Counted from the first letter of the stretch, positions 9,122-19,167 are shown. The stretch is 32,000 nucleotides of DNA from Phycisphaera mikurensis NBRC 102666 (GCF_000284115.1 NC_017080.1:1050001-1082000); one strand, 5' to 3'. Made by a program: numbers and translations. Notes: generated from the letters alone by a model not told the origin.

Positions 9122-11068
9122 TCAGAATCCGAGCCGACCGGCTGATCGGTCCGGTGTCGCCGCTTCGACGTCGAAGCGTGCGGTCCAGGTGCCGCCGGCC
9201 CACATGGGGAAGTTGGTGCCCCAGAGGTTGTTGTGGACGTTGAACCAGAGGCCCGGCGCCGGTCCGGGAGGCCCGGGCGCCAGGTCCAGCAGCAGGCGCG
9301 GATCCGTCGTGAGTAGGGGCGTGTCCAGCGGGTGCACGCGGAGCGTGCGATCCGGCCAGGCGGCGTCGACCCAAGCGCCAACCGGGTGGAGGCGGCCGCC
9401 GTGCCGCACGACGCCGGCGAGGTCGACGGGCTCGCCGAGGATGTCAACGGTCACCCGCGGCGCCTTCTCGTCGGCCGCGACCAGGCCGATCCACGTCGCC
9501 TCGGGCCAGCGGTTCTCCGGCTTTTCGCGCAGTGTCACGGTGAGCCGGCCGCCGTCGACCGCGAGCTCCACCGCGGCCGGCGGTCGGGCCGCGGGGTGGT
9601 CGCCGCAGCCGAACGCGGCTTCCCCCGCCCGATCGAAGCGGACCTCCCACGCCCGCGCCGGCGCGTCGGCGTCGACGAGCTCCAGGCCCGGCTTGCTGAA
9701 GTCGGCGACGACCCAGGCCTGGTGCCAGTTCCGGTTGTACGCGGCGTTGAAGCGGGCGATGCTCTGGCTGTCGAAGACCTCGTACCGCACCACCACCGCC
9801 AGGCCGAGCGCCTGAAGGTCGATCGCGCCGCCACCCGGTGCCGGCCCATCGTTCAGCCCCTCGGGCAGCAGGGCGGCGGCGGCGTGCAGGTACGCCCGCT
9901 GCTCCTCCCAAGACGCCTCGAAGGAGGAGAAGCGGCGGCTGGGCGCGGGGCCGATCTCCGCGTTCATCGCGGCCAGCTCCGCGGGGACCGCCTCGTCGGG
10001 CACGGCGTCCGCCGCCCGGGCGGCGTCGAAGTCGGCGGGGCGGTAGCTGCGGTAGTCGGCCAGGTGGATCTTCTCGTCCATCCCGCGGGTGTGCTCGGCG
10101 GCGAGCAGCAGCAGCTCGTCGAAAGCCTGTCGGTGGACCGGCGGCACGCGGTCACGCCGCCGCAGCAGACCGCGGTGGCGGGCCAGGTGCGGCGGATCGG
10201 TGGCGACGCCGTGCGACCAGGAATCGCCGATCTCGGCGGTGACCACCGGCAGCGTGCTCCGCTCGCCGCGGAGCATCGCGGCGAGGTCGTCGAGGCCGCC
10301 GGCCGCCAGCTGGGCGTTCGGGAACCGCCGCTGCAGCGCCGCGGCCGCCGCGGCCACGCCGGCGGCGTCGGGGGCGGGCTGGTTGTCGCCCGCGTGGACC
10401 AGCACGAAGGCCTCGCTTCCATCCGCCGAGACCACCTCGCGGGCGTAGTCGTCGGCGTAGACCACGGTGAGCTCCCGGCTTCGGCTGTCTCGCCAGCGGA
10501 AGCGTGCCGGCACCTCGGGCAGCGGCGTGCCGGGGTTGACGCCCAGGTGCAGCAGCTCGATGCCGAACCCGGCGAGCGGGCCCACGAGGCCGCGCGGGTG
10601 GCCGGGGACGTCGGTCATCTTCGCGGCGATCGTGCGGCGGCCGAAGCGCGCGTCCAGCCGGCGGGAGACACCAACGGCGGCCTCCAGCAGCGGGACGTCG
10701 AGCAGGGCGGTGTGGGTGGTGAAGGGCAACGCGTGCCAGACGATGCCGCCGGCGGCGATGGCTTCCTCGAGGCGGCGTCGGTTCGGGTTCGCCATCCCGC
10801 GGGACGGATCGAGCGCCCGCTCGATGAGCCAGGATCCGGTGGTCCAGCACATGGGCAGCACGCCGTCCCGCGTCCGCTCCACGGTGTCCAGCACCGAGGG
10901 AACGAGCCGCTGGAGGTAGTGGTCGACGACGCGGTGTGCGTGGTCGGTGAAGCCGATGTCGAGGTGGGTCTTGAAGCCGACCACGAGGCGCCGGACCGCC
11001 GGGAAGGTGCGGCGGTCGTCCGCGGCGCGCTCGGCCTCGGTGACGAACTGAGCGGTGGAGGCGGTCAT
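9122..11068 (-). CDS. GH38 alpha-mannosidase-like / DUF5054-type protein
   Basis: VVGFKTHLDIGFTDHAHRVVDHYLQRLVPSVLDTVERTR...CWTTGSWLIERAL; 648 aa. Confidence 0.75.
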   Translation of the reverse strand: MTASTAQFVTEAERAADDRRTFPAVRRLVVGFKTHLDIGFTDHAHRVVDHYLQRLVPSVLDTVERTRDGVLPMCWTTGSWLIERALDPSRGMANPNRRRLEEAIAAGGIVWHALPFTTHTALLDVPLLEAAVGVSRRLDARFGRRTIAAKMTDVPGHPRGLVGPLAGFGIELLHLGVNPGTPLPEVPARFRWRDSRSRELTVVYADDYAREVVSADGSEAFVLVHAGDNQPAPDAAGVAAAAAALQRRFPNAQLAAGGLDDLAAMLRGERSTLPVVTAEIGDSWSHGVATDPPHLARHRGLLRRRDRVPPVHRQAFDELLLLAAEHTRGMDEKIHLADYRSYRPADFDAARAADAVPDEAVPAELAAMNAEIGPAPSRRFSSFEASWEEQRAYLHAAAALLPEGLNDGPAPGGGAIDLQALGLAVVVRYEVFDSQSIARFNAAYNRNWHQAWVVADFSKPGLELVDADAPARAWEVRFDRAGEAAFGCGDHPAARPPAAVELAVDGGRLTVTLREKPENRWPEATWIGLVAADEKAPRVTVDILGEPVDLAGVVRHGGRLHPVGAWVDAAWPDRTLRVHPLDTPLLTTDPRLLLDLAPGPPGPAPGLWFNVHNNLWGTNFPMWAGGTWTARFDVEAATPDRSAGRLGF

Positions 11069-11114
11069 GAGACGGGATCGCGGCGGGAGCCGCCGGGGGA
11101 CATCGCTTAAACGA

Positions 11115-12062
11115 TCAGGCTTCGAGGAGCACCCCGACGTGGGCGGCCACGCCGCCGGCGAGGCCTTCGAGGTCGTAGCCGCCTTCGAGGATCGACACCA
11201 CCTTCCCGCCGCAGAGCCGATCGGCGGCGTCGAGCAGCAGGCGCGTCATCTGCCGGAAGCCGTCGTCGGTCACGCGCATCGGCGCCAGCGGGTCGCGGAC
11301 CGACGCGTCGAAGCCGGCGGCCAGCACCAGCGCCTCGGGCCGGAAGGCTTCCAGCGCGGGGATCACCCGCTCGCGGAACGCGTGGAGGTAGTCGGCGTCG
11401 CCGGCGCCCGGCGGCATGCACACGTTGACGGTCGCGCCCTCTCCGGAACCCTCACCGGTCTCGTGCTCGAAGCCGGTGCCGGGGTACAGGACCGCGGGGT
11501 TGCCGTGGATGCTCAGCGCCAGCACGTCGCCACGCCCGGCCATCAGGTGCTGGGTGCCGTTTCCGTGGTGCACGTCGAAGTCGACCACGGCGACGCGGTC
11601 CAGGCCCAGGTCGGTGGTCAGCAGGTCGGCGGCGAAGGCGGCGTTGGCGTAGAGGCAGTAGCCCATGGATCGGTCGGCCTCGGCGTGGTGGCCCGGCGGG
11701 CGGGTGGCGCAGAAGGCGTTGTTCAGCTCGCCCCGCCCGACCGCCTCGGTCACGCGGAGGATCCCGCCGAGCGCGAGGCGGGCGACGTCGGCGCTGACCC
11801 GGCCGATGCACGAATCGATGTCGTCGATGATCGGCTCGCCTCCGGCGCAGGCGGCGTCGAGCCGGTCGAGGTAGGCCGGCGTGTGCAGCCGCCCGAGCCG
11901 GTGCCGCCCGGCGGTCGCGAAGTACAGCGACTCCGTGCGCTGGGCGAGTCCGTCCGCGCGGAGGCGGTCCATGACCGCCCGCAGTCGGTCAGGCCGCTCC
12001 GGATGCGTCGGGCCGGTGTCGTGCAGGAGCAAGCGGTCGTCGTAGATCAGGCCGGTGCTCAC
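11115..12062 (-). CDS. Histone deacetylase superfamily protein (AcuC/acetylpolyamine amidohydrolase-like)
   Basis: LIYDDRLLLHDTGPTHPERPDRLRAV, ATRPPGHHAEADRSMGYCLYANAAFAA, VVDFDVHHGNGTQHLM, AAGFDASVRDPLAPMRVTDDGF, ILEGGYDLEGL. GTG start at 12062 overlaps the upstream TGA (GTGA). Confidence 0.9.
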   Translation of the reverse strand: MSTGLIYDDRLLLHDTGPTHPERPDRLRAVMDRLRADGLAQRTESLYFATAGRHRLGRLHTPAYLDRLDAACAGGEPIIDDIDSCIGRVSADVARLALGGILRVTEAVGRGELNNAFCATRPPGHHAEADRSMGYCLYANAAFAADLLTTDLGLDRVAVVDFDVHHGNGTQHLMAGRGDVLALSIHGNPAVLYPGTGFEHETGEGSGEGATVNVCMPPGAGDADYLHAFRERVIPALEAFRPEALVLAAGFDASVRDPLAPMRVTDDGFRQMTRLLLDAADRLCGGKVVSILEGGYDLEGLAGGVAAHVGVLLEA

Positions 12063-13930
12063 CGCGACGCCGTCCGCCGCGGAGCTTCGGCCTCCCAGAG
12101 CCGCGCGGGCCCGTCGGTGAAGTCCCAGGCCTGGGCGTCGTCGAACCAGACCCGCGAGCCCGGCTCGCCGGTCGCCGACAGCAGCAGCACGGCGGAGCTC
12201 ACCTGCTCGGGCGCGGTCACGACGGCGAAGGCGCGCCGCCAGCCCTCGGCGTCGGCCTCCGCCTCGGCCTCGAAGGCGACGCCGACGTCCTCGCCGCCCA
12301 TCTCGAAGGCCTCGCCGGGGTGCCGCCAGCGGATGGTCATCTGCGGGACGGTGTCGCCTTCGGTCTTCACGAAGGCGCGGACCAGCAGCGTGCGCTGCGG
12401 CGTGATCGGCAGGTTCATGCCGAAGCAGCCGCCCCGGGCGATGCCGTCCATCCGCAGCGACGCGTTGTCGCCGCGGCCCACGGCGCGGTCGTGATGGAAG
12501 CTGCCGGGGTCGTCGTCGTACTTCCACGACCACCAGCCGCCGGGCAGGCCGCCGCTGTCCCAGCCCTCGCCGTCGACGGCGGCGGCGCTCTCCGCCGGCT
12601 GCATGTCGTGCGCGCCGATCATCGCTTCGTCGGCGAAGGCACCCTCGATCGCGGGCAGGTGTTCGGCCAGGCGTGCGTGGGGGCTCCTCGCCCAATCCAG
12701 CGCGGCGTCGAAGTGCCGGAACCTCTCGTCCCACCGCGGTTGCGTGATCCGATCTCCGGCGTAGCCCACCGGCCGGTCCGCCTCCGGGCCCGTGGACGCG
12801 CGGTCGAAGAAAACCCCGTCTTCCGCCCAGATCCACACCACGCCGTCGCTGGTGGAGAGGGCGGTCAGCAGGTTGCGGTAGAGCAGGTCGGACGCCGACT
12901 TCCCGAACTTCGAGATGCCGTACTGCGTCCCCTCCTCGTTCAGGTACGCGTCGAGGTATACGCCGTGCGACCCGCGGACGTGCGCGTAGAAGCGCCGTCG
13001 AAGGTCGGGCGTCAGCGCCGCCGCGAGGTTGGCGCGCACCCGGACGGCGTTGCGTGGGAACGACCCCGGCGAGCCGAACATGTAGGCGTGCTCGTTGCCT
13101 TCCCAGACGGTCGTCCGCTCGTGCATGCCGGCGAGCATGCCCTCGAAGAACGCGAGGAACAGGCCGGTGTTGTCGCCGGCGCGGACGGGATCCTCGGCGG
13201 CACCCAGCCCAGGCTTGCAGTAGTCGCTGATCCAGAACATGAAGATCTCGGCGTCCGGCCAGGCTTCGCCCAGCGTGCGGGCCCAGCTCTCGCCGCGCTC
13301 GCGGACCTCCGCCGCGGTGGTGGCGAAGTCCTCGTCGGTGTCGAGCGTGCTGTGCTGCCAGAGGTGCGGGCCGTACTGCTCCGCGTCGAAGTTGATGCCG
13401 CTGGTGTTGCCCGTCGCCCGGCCGAACTCCGCGAGCAGCCGGGTGTTGTGCAGCACGGTGGCCCAGGCGTCGTCATCGAACCAGTCGAAGTTCGCGGGCG
13501 TCACCCACGCCATGAGCTGGTTGTCGGTGAGGTTTCGGAACTCCGCCGACCGCATCGCGGCCAGCGGCTCCTCGAACCACGCCGGGTCCCAGCGGGTCCG
13601 CCCGTCGAAGAGCCGCATGCTGGTGCGGTACTCGCTGCTGAGGTTCTCCCGCTCGTCATCGGGGTCGGGGAACTTGACGTAGTACCCCGTGCCGTCGAGC
13701 CCGCTGCGGTCCATGGCCTCCCAGTGGCGGCCGATGTACCGGGCGTGCGGCGCGTTGTAGCCCAGCTGGACGATGCGCCGATCGGCGCCGCGGACCGCGG
13801 GATAGATCGGGCCCAGCGCGGCCATCTGCGCGTTGCTGACCGGGGCGGGCTCGGCCGGAGCTTGGGCTCCGGCCTGGAGCGGGACGACGCCGAGCATGGC
13901 GTAGAGAAGAAGCTTCAGGCGGTCAGGCAT
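12059..13930 (-). CDS. Secreted protein of an unassigned putative glycan-active family with a C-terminal jelly-roll/CBM-like region
   Basis: Signal peptide-like N-terminus (LLLYAMLGVVPLQAGAQA); motifs FDWFDDDAWATVLHNTRLLAEFG, GINFDAEQYG, FFEGMLAGMHERTTVWEGNEHAYMF, shared with 24022..25935; C-terminal LLVRAFVKTEG...SRVWFDDAQAW. Confidence 0.7.
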   Translation of the reverse strand: MPDRLKLLLYAMLGVVPLQAGAQAPAEPAPVSNAQMAALGPIYPAVRGADRRIVQLGYNAPHARYIGRHWEAMDRSGLDGTGYYVKFPDPDDERENLSSEYRTSMRLFDGRTRWDPAWFEEPLAAMRSAEFRNLTDNQLMAWVTPANFDWFDDDAWATVLHNTRLLAEFGRATGNTSGINFDAEQYGPHLWQHSTLDTDEDFATTAAEVRERGESWARTLGEAWPDAEIFMFWISDYCKPGLGAAEDPVRAGDNTGLFLAFFEGMLAGMHERTTVWEGNEHAYMFGSPGSFPRNAVRVRANLAAALTPDLRRRFYAHVRGSHGVYLDAYLNEEGTQYGISKFGKSASDLLYRNLLTALSTSDGVVWIWAEDGVFFDRASTGPEADRPVGYAGDRITQPRWDERFRHFDAALDWARSPHARLAEHLPAIEGAFADEAMIGAHDMQPAESAAAVDGEGWDSGGLPGGWWSWKYDDDPGSFHHDRAVGRGDNASLRMDGIARGGCFGMNLPITPQRTLLVRAFVKTEGDTVPQMTIRWRHPGEAFEMGGEDVGVAFEAEAEADAEGWRRAFAVVTAPEQVSSAVLLLSATGEPGSRVWFDDAQAWDFTDGPARLWEAEAPRRTASR

Positions 13931-14059
13931 CGGATGGGTTCCGCTGGATGGGCGTGGGGTGACGGAAGGATCGGTGGTCGGAGCAGGCGCCGCCGCGGCC
14001 GCGTCTTCGGATTTCCGGGGAAGGCTCCGAGGCTCGCGGGCGAGAGGCGGGGCGGCGGG

Positions 14060-15124
14060 TCATGGGCGGGCTTCGCGGCGAGCGAGCGTGACCCTTGATC
14101 CGGTGCGGATGCTCTCCGCCTCCGCCTCCACGAGTCGGACGGAGGCGGCGGCGTCGCGGAGCGTGACGCGGTCGGCGGGCCTCCCGCGGCGGATGCAGTC
14201 CAAGAAGTAGCGAAGCTGCGGGCCGTAGCCCGTTCCGCCATCGACCGCCGGGATCGGTGCGGCGCTCGCACCATCCCGGGTGATGCACCGGAAGGCGGGA
14301 TCACGCCCCAGGTCGAAGTCGAGGGTCGCGTGCTCCAGGTTGACGCAGTAGCGCATCTCAAAGCCGAAGCCCGACGCCATGGACCAGCACCCCTCGGCGA
14401 TCACCACCGGCCCGCCCGCGTAGTGGTATCGGGTCGTGACGTGATCGATCTCGTCGGTGTCGCGGGCGTAGCCGACGCTCTCCACCGCGTCCGGCTCGCC
14501 GAAGGTCCACCGGACGAAGTCGGCGTCGTGCACGTGGAGATCGAGCAGCGCCCCGCCGTTCGCGGATCCGTCGGCGTAGAAGGGGCCTTGGGGGTGTGAG
14601 GTGACCCGCCGGAAGGTGGCGGCCAGGACGCGGCCATACCGGCCGTCCCGCACCGCCTGCCGCAGCTCGACCCATCCGGGCCAGAAGCGCATGCACATGC
14701 CGGCCATGGACCGCGTCGGCGACCGATCCGCGGCGTCGGCCATGCGGTCGGCGGCCGCGGCGTCGCGGGCGAGCGGCTTCTCGATCAGCACGTGCCGCCC
14801 GGCGGCCATTGCCGCAAGCCCGAAGCGCTCGTGCAGCGGCGTGGGGAGGCAGATGTCGGTGACGTCGAGGTCCGCCTCCGAGATCAGCTCGTCGGCGTCT
14901 ACGTACCGCGCGGCGTCGGCCGGGACGACGCCGCCGCCCTGACCCTCGATGTTGCCGCCACCCCCTCCGCCCCCACCATCTCCGGCACGGCAGGACAGCC
15001 GCCGCGGGTCCCGGTCGGCCACCGCGGCCACGACGGCATCCGGGTACGCGCTGTAGGCCTGCAGGTGGGTCAGACCCATCGAGCCGAGGCCGACGACGCC
15101 GATCCGCAGGGGGCGATCGCTCAT
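14060..15124 (-). CDS. Gfo/Idh/MocA-family oxidoreductase
   Basis: LRIGVVGLGSMGLTHLQAYSAYPDAVVAAVADRD; DVTDICLPTPLHERFGLAAMAAGRHVLIEKPLARD. ATG at 15124 overlaps the upstream TGA (ATGA). Confidence 0.9.
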   Translation of the reverse strand: MSDRPLRIGVVGLGSMGLTHLQAYSAYPDAVVAAVADRDPRRLSCRAGDGGGGGGGGNIEGQGGGVVPADAARYVDADELISEADLDVTDICLPTPLHERFGLAAMAAGRHVLIEKPLARDAAAADRMADAADRSPTRSMAGMCMRFWPGWVELRQAVRDGRYGRVLAATFRRVTSHPQGPFYADGSANGGALLDLHVHDADFVRWTFGEPDAVESVGYARDTDEIDHVTTRYHYAGGPVVIAEGCWSMASGFGFEMRYCVNLEHATLDFDLGRDPAFRCITRDGASAAPIPAVDGGTGYGPQLRYFLDCIRRGRPADRVTLRDAAASVRLVEAEAESIRTGSRVTLARREARP

Positions 15125-16041
15125 CGCGCACCCGCCATCCGCTGCGGGGTCGTCGCGTCCGGGCCCTGGGCCTCCGGATGGATCAGGTCCCGCAGCGATG
15201 CCGCCGTGTCGGCGAGCAGGCCCGGTCGCCACGGCATGATCTCCGCGGTCACGGTCCGGTCGTACCCGATGCTCCGGAGCGCGGCGACGCTTTCCACCAA
15301 CGGGACGTCGCCCCGGGTCAGCTCACGGAAGGCGTACTGGCCCTCGCCGAACGACTCGGCGTAATCCTTCACGTGGACGCGTCGGATGCGGTGGTCCAGG
15401 ATCTCGATCCAGTGCGGCGGGTGCTGGTGGAGGCCCGGGAGGTTTCCGACGTCGAGGTACACGCCCAGCCGCTCGCTGCCGAAGCCGTCGACGAACGCCG
15501 CGAGCTCCAGCGGCGAGTAGAAGAGCCCGTTCCAGACGTTCTCGAGGCAGAGATCGATCCCGAGACGCTCGGCGGTGTCCAGCAGCCGGGCGACGTTCTC
15601 GCGCACCCGCCTCCAGGCATGGTCGTACCGGACCCGTTCGCCCGGGCTGATCGGGCTGGTCGTGACGCCCGGGACGTAGAGCAGCGCCTCGGCCCCGAGG
15701 TCGGCGGCACGCCGCAACGCCTCCTCGTGCTCCGCCAGGGAGGCCGCGCGCACGTCGGCGTCTTCGGACACCGGATTGGACGTCCAGCTCATGCCCGACG
15801 CCGCGGTCTCGCAGACGAGCCCGGCGTCGTCGATCGCCTGCCGGATCGCGGCGCACCGCCGGGCATCGTCGTCGGTGCTGAACACGCCGCGCTCTCCGGG
15901 CCGTCCGATGCACATCTCGATCCCGTCGAAGCCGGCCTCCGCAACCGCGGCCAGGGTGGTCTCGAGCGGATCCGCATCGGCCGGGGCGTCCGGCGGAGAG
16001 ATTCCGTGTCGGGTCGACCAGAAGGAGATGCAGCTGAGCAT
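15121..16041 (-). CDS. Sugar phosphate isomerase/epimerase family (xylose isomerase-like TIM barrel)
   Basis: VAEAGFDGIEMCIG, LCLENVWNGLFYSPLELAAFVDGFGSERLGVYLDVGNLPG, RIRRVHVKDY. Confidence 0.88.
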   Translation of the reverse strand: MLSCISFWSTRHGISPPDAPADADPLETTLAAVAEAGFDGIEMCIGRPGERGVFSTDDDARRCAAIRQAIDDAGLVCETAASGMSWTSNPVSEDADVRAASLAEHEEALRRAADLGAEALLYVPGVTTSPISPGERVRYDHAWRRVRENVARLLDTAERLGIDLCLENVWNGLFYSPLELAAFVDGFGSERLGVYLDVGNLPGLHQHPPHWIEILDHRIRRVHVKDYAESFGEGQYAFRELTRGDVPLVESVAALRSIGYDRTVTAEIMPWRPGLLADTAASLRDLIHPEAQGPDATTPQRMAGAR

Positions 16042-16092
16042 GGAGGGTCTTTGAAGGAGGTTCCGGTCGGGGCCGGTCGGGGTGATCGCGAG

Positions 16093-19000
16093 CTACCGCC
16101 CGGCAACGCGGCGGAACCATCGGGTCTCGCCGACGGGCAGATCGAAGGTGAAATCGGTTGCGTCCTCGGCCACGACGGCGTCGGTGGTGAGGTCGACGAG
16201 GTCGGCGGGTTCGTCCCAGCGAAGGGTTTTCGGCTGGTCGTTCATGCTGTGCACGACGACCATGCGGTTCCCGGCGTAGGTGGCGTCGTTCTCGGGGCCG
16301 ACGGGGGTGACGCCGGCCTCGGCGGCGAGGTTGCGGAGCAGGCGGGGCGAGAGGCCGCCGGGCGCGGCGAGGTAGACGCCGGTCCAGTCGGCGTGCCGCC
16401 GGACCGCGGCGGCGACGCGGCCGTCCTCGTAGCGGGCCAGCGCGACGCCGCCGGCCTCCGCGAGTGCGTCCTCCGGGAGGTGGATCATCGGCCCGCGGGT
16501 CGGGGTGTTGATGCGGTCGACGTGCTCGGCGAGCGGGTCGCTCCCGGTCGCGGCGTATCGGTGCCACGTCTCGGTTCCCGGCTCGAGCTCGACGGTGAGG
16601 CCGGTCATGCGGCGGACGGTCTCGGTCAGCCCGAGCGGCCCCGAGACGCCGGCGGCGTTGACGACGACGACCACGCGGCCGCCGCGCTGCAGCTCCTCCA
16701 CCGCGGCCACCTGCGCCTCGTCGATCGTGTTCGCGCTGAGGAACACGAGCAGCGGGTACTCCGGCAGGTCCGCGTGGGCGACGTCCGGCAGGAGGTACGG
16801 GTCGTAGCCCAGCCCCGACATCGCCAGCGGGATCCGCGGGAAGTTGTGGCTGTGCTGGAAGTGGTACAGGCCGAAGTACCGCTCCTGGGTCATGTGGTCG
16901 ATCGACCGCTCGTCGGCGAAGGTGGCGACGGCGGGGCGATCGGCGTCGACGGCCGGGTCTTCGGCAATCCGCTGCGCCACCCGCTGAGCCTCGGCCATGA
17001 AGTCGACGTACAGCGGGTCGGACCAGGCGGTGCCGGAGAGGGCGTAGTACCACGCGCCGCCGCCGAGCGCGAGGGCCTGGCCCCACTCGCGGCGCACCTG
17101 ATGGGGCGGGTCCTCGGGGTCCTTGAAGGCGGAGACGTATTCGCGGGAGTCCACGGCGTCGGGGCTGAGCCACGAAAGCGGCGTGCGGTGGTCGGCCTCG
17201 GCGATGAACAGCTTGTCGCGGAGGCGGAAGCTGCCGGCGGCGGAGCTGATCGCGCCGGTGAAGCCGGGGTCGCGCCAGAAGCCGTAGTCGCCGATGCTGA
17301 CCAGCCCGTCGATGTGCGGCGAGTCGAGCAGGGTCCGGGTCGCCCAGTGGTCGAGGTTGTGGGCGTGGGTGACGTCCGACCAGTAGGTGGTGGTGATCGA
17401 CTCGCGGCCGAAGCCGGCGTCGAAGGCCGCGGCGAGGTGGATGGCGGTCTCGGCCTTCCGCTCCGATTGGAAGCGGTTGCTGTCGATGATGCGGCGGTGG
17501 CGTCCATCGGCGGGGTCGAGGAACCAGTTCGCCGGCGTCGGCGGCTGGATGTCCGAGCGGCCGAGCTGGTCTGCGGTGGCGAGCGAGGCGTCGGGGTCGC
17601 CCCAGGCTTCCTGCAGCCCGGCGTCGTCGCCGTACTCGCGGCCGAGCCAATCGCGGAAGGCGGCCAGGTGGCCGGGCGAGCGGTCGCGCTCGTCCTGGGC
17701 GTCGAGCGTGGGCAGCGACTGCCCGTCGGCCCCGATGGCGAGGTGGATGCCGATCACCCGCTTGCCCAGGTCGGACCCGGCGAGGTGCTCGCCCAGCCGC
17801 CGGAGCACCTCGCCGCACGCCTCGCGGTAGGCCGCGGCGGCGTAGCTGAACGCGAAGACCTCGTCGTCGGCCTTGTCGGCGACGCCCTTGCCGCTGTGGC
17901 TCCAGCCGACCACCCGGTCGCCGTCGGGCGACGTGTAGACCGCGTCGGGGTGGTCGTGGTCGAAGTCGTAGTAGGTGTCGGCCCCGATGTTCAGCCGGAG
18001 CAGCGCGTCGGGGCTGTGGCGGAGCTGGACGAGGATGCGGCGGTCGAGCTCGGCGAAGTCGATGTCGCCGTCGCCCCGCCAGACCGGCACGCCGACACCG
18101 TCCCGCCCGCCGGTGTCCTTCGCGTCGCCCAGCGATAGCGTGATCTGCTGGAGCCGCATCCCGGCCTCGCGGGCGAGGCGGGCGCCGAGCTGCGGGTACC
18201 CCGCGTCCCAGAAGTAGAAGTTGGGGTTGTAGAAGAGGGCGCCCGCCGGTTCGCCGTCGATCAGGATCACCGGCTGACCGCCGCGTCGCTCGATCGCCAC
18301 CGCCGCCGGCTCCTCGGCCGCGAGCATCTCGCGGACCTGTGCCTCCGACATCACCGGTGGCTCGTCGGCCGGGCCCAGATCGGCCGGGAGCTGCGCCAGC
18401 GGCTCCGGGGCCTCGCGCAGAGACAGCTCCTTCCACCGCAGGTCGATCGGGGCGCCGGCGGCGCCGAGGCGGACGACGGCCGCTTCGGCGTTCGGGCCGG
18501 TGGTGAAGCGGACGGGCGTGTAGGCCCAACCGCCGCTGCCGGTGTGCTGCACCTGCATGAAGTGCTCGGGCGTGTGGAAGTCGCTGGGTGCGTCGCCGTT
18601 CTGCACCTCGATGTCCAAAGAGGCCGAAGCCCCGAACTCGAAGCCGCGGACCTGGTAGCGGGCGCGGAAGAGGTAGTCGGTGTCGGGCTGGAGCGGGATC
18701 GGCTCGGCGGACGCGGCGGTGGCGTCGCCGCCGTGGGCGAGCACCCGCGTCGACATGATTTCGGGTCCGACGCGACGGACGCGGGCATCGAACTCGGACT
18801 CGGGGCTGAGACCAAAGGGCAGCGGCGTGGTGCCCGCATCCGGCAGGAGCTCCGCCGCGGCGGGCTCGATGCGGAGCTGGGTATTGCGGGCCCAGGGCAG
18901 CCGCAGCGGGTCGTTCGGCGTGCCGGTGCCGGGGGGCAGGATGCGTGGCGGGTGGGAGGTGGAGACGAGCCACCGCTCGGCGGTGGCGTCGTGCCGGGGC

Positions 19001-19167
19001 GGGGTGACGACGACCGGATCACCCGGAGCCGCGCCCGCGACGGGGTCCCCCGCCGCGGTGAAGCTGACCGATCCGGACGCGGCCGCATCCTCGGCGGCCA
19101 CGGGCGCGGCCGCGACGAGCGCAGCGAGCAGGAGGGATCGGCGAGAGGGGCAAGAGCGGGTCGGCAT
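16093..19167 (-). CDS. Large secreted GH42/clan-A-like beta-galactosidase-family protein
   Basis: Signal peptide-like RRSLLLAALVAAAPVAAE; GKRVIGIHLAIGADGQ; FRDWLGREYGDDAGLQEAWGD; trimerisation-like region (VFLSANTIDEAQVAAVEELQRGGRVVVVV). 1024 aa. Confidence 0.72.
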   Translation of the reverse strand: MPTRSCPSRRSLLLAALVAAAPVAAEDAAASGSVSFTAAGDPVAGAAPGDPVVVTPPRHDATAERWLVSTSHPPRILPPGTGTPNDPLRLPWARNTQLRIEPAAAELLPDAGTTPLPFGLSPESEFDARVRRVGPEIMSTRVLAHGGDATAASAEPIPLQPDTDYLFRARYQVRGFEFGASASLDIEVQNGDAPSDFHTPEHFMQVQHTGSGGWAYTPVRFTTGPNAEAAVVRLGAAGAPIDLRWKELSLREAPEPLAQLPADLGPADEPPVMSEAQVREMLAAEEPAAVAIERRGGQPVILIDGEPAGALFYNPNFYFWDAGYPQLGARLAREAGMRLQQITLSLGDAKDTGGRDGVGVPVWRGDGDIDFAELDRRILVQLRHSPDALLRLNIGADTYYDFDHDHPDAVYTSPDGDRVVGWSHSGKGVADKADDEVFAFSYAAAAYREACGEVLRRLGEHLAGSDLGKRVIGIHLAIGADGQSLPTLDAQDERDRSPGHLAAFRDWLGREYGDDAGLQEAWGDPDASLATADQLGRSDIQPPTPANWFLDPADGRHRRIIDSNRFQSERKAETAIHLAAAFDAGFGRESITTTYWSDVTHAHNLDHWATRTLLDSPHIDGLVSIGDYGFWRDPGFTGAISSAAGSFRLRDKLFIAEADHRTPLSWLSPDAVDSREYVSAFKDPEDPPHQVRREWGQALALGGGAWYYALSGTAWSDPLYVDFMAEAQRVAQRIAEDPAVDADRPAVATFADERSIDHMTQERYFGLYHFQHSHNFPRIPLAMSGLGYDPYLLPDVAHADLPEYPLLVFLSANTIDEAQVAAVEELQRGGRVVVVVNAAGVSGPLGLTETVRRMTGLTVELEPGTETWHRYAATGSDPLAEHVDRINTPTRGPMIHLPEDALAEAGGVALARYEDGRVAAAVRRHADWTGVYLAAPGGLSPRLLRNLAAEAGVTPVGPENDATYAGNRMVVVHSMNDQPKTLRWDEPADLVDLTTDAVVAEDATDFTFDLPVGETRWFRRVAGR

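Noticed and set aside
6408-9374. 988-aa minus-strand ORF opposite paralogue A
   Set aside because: Antisense of a well-supported coding region, with no family signature.
13790-13806. Another CCGCGGACCG 10-mer
   Set aside because: It lies inside the 12059..13930 coding region (AVRGADR) and has no partner arm 26 nt away; expected at this GC content.
14933-14995. Repetitive GCC/CCG-rich tract checked for tandem repeat or CRISPR-like structure
   Set aside because: Short simple-sequence coding for the Gly-rich loop; no regular spacer-repeat pattern.
15178-18138. 986-aa plus-strand ORF opposite the isomerase and GH42-like genes (plus similar long ORFs at 9332..11110, 12320..14098, 19492..21267 and 21747..23945)
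   Set aside because: All mirror strongly supported minus-strand genes and have shadow-ORF composition.
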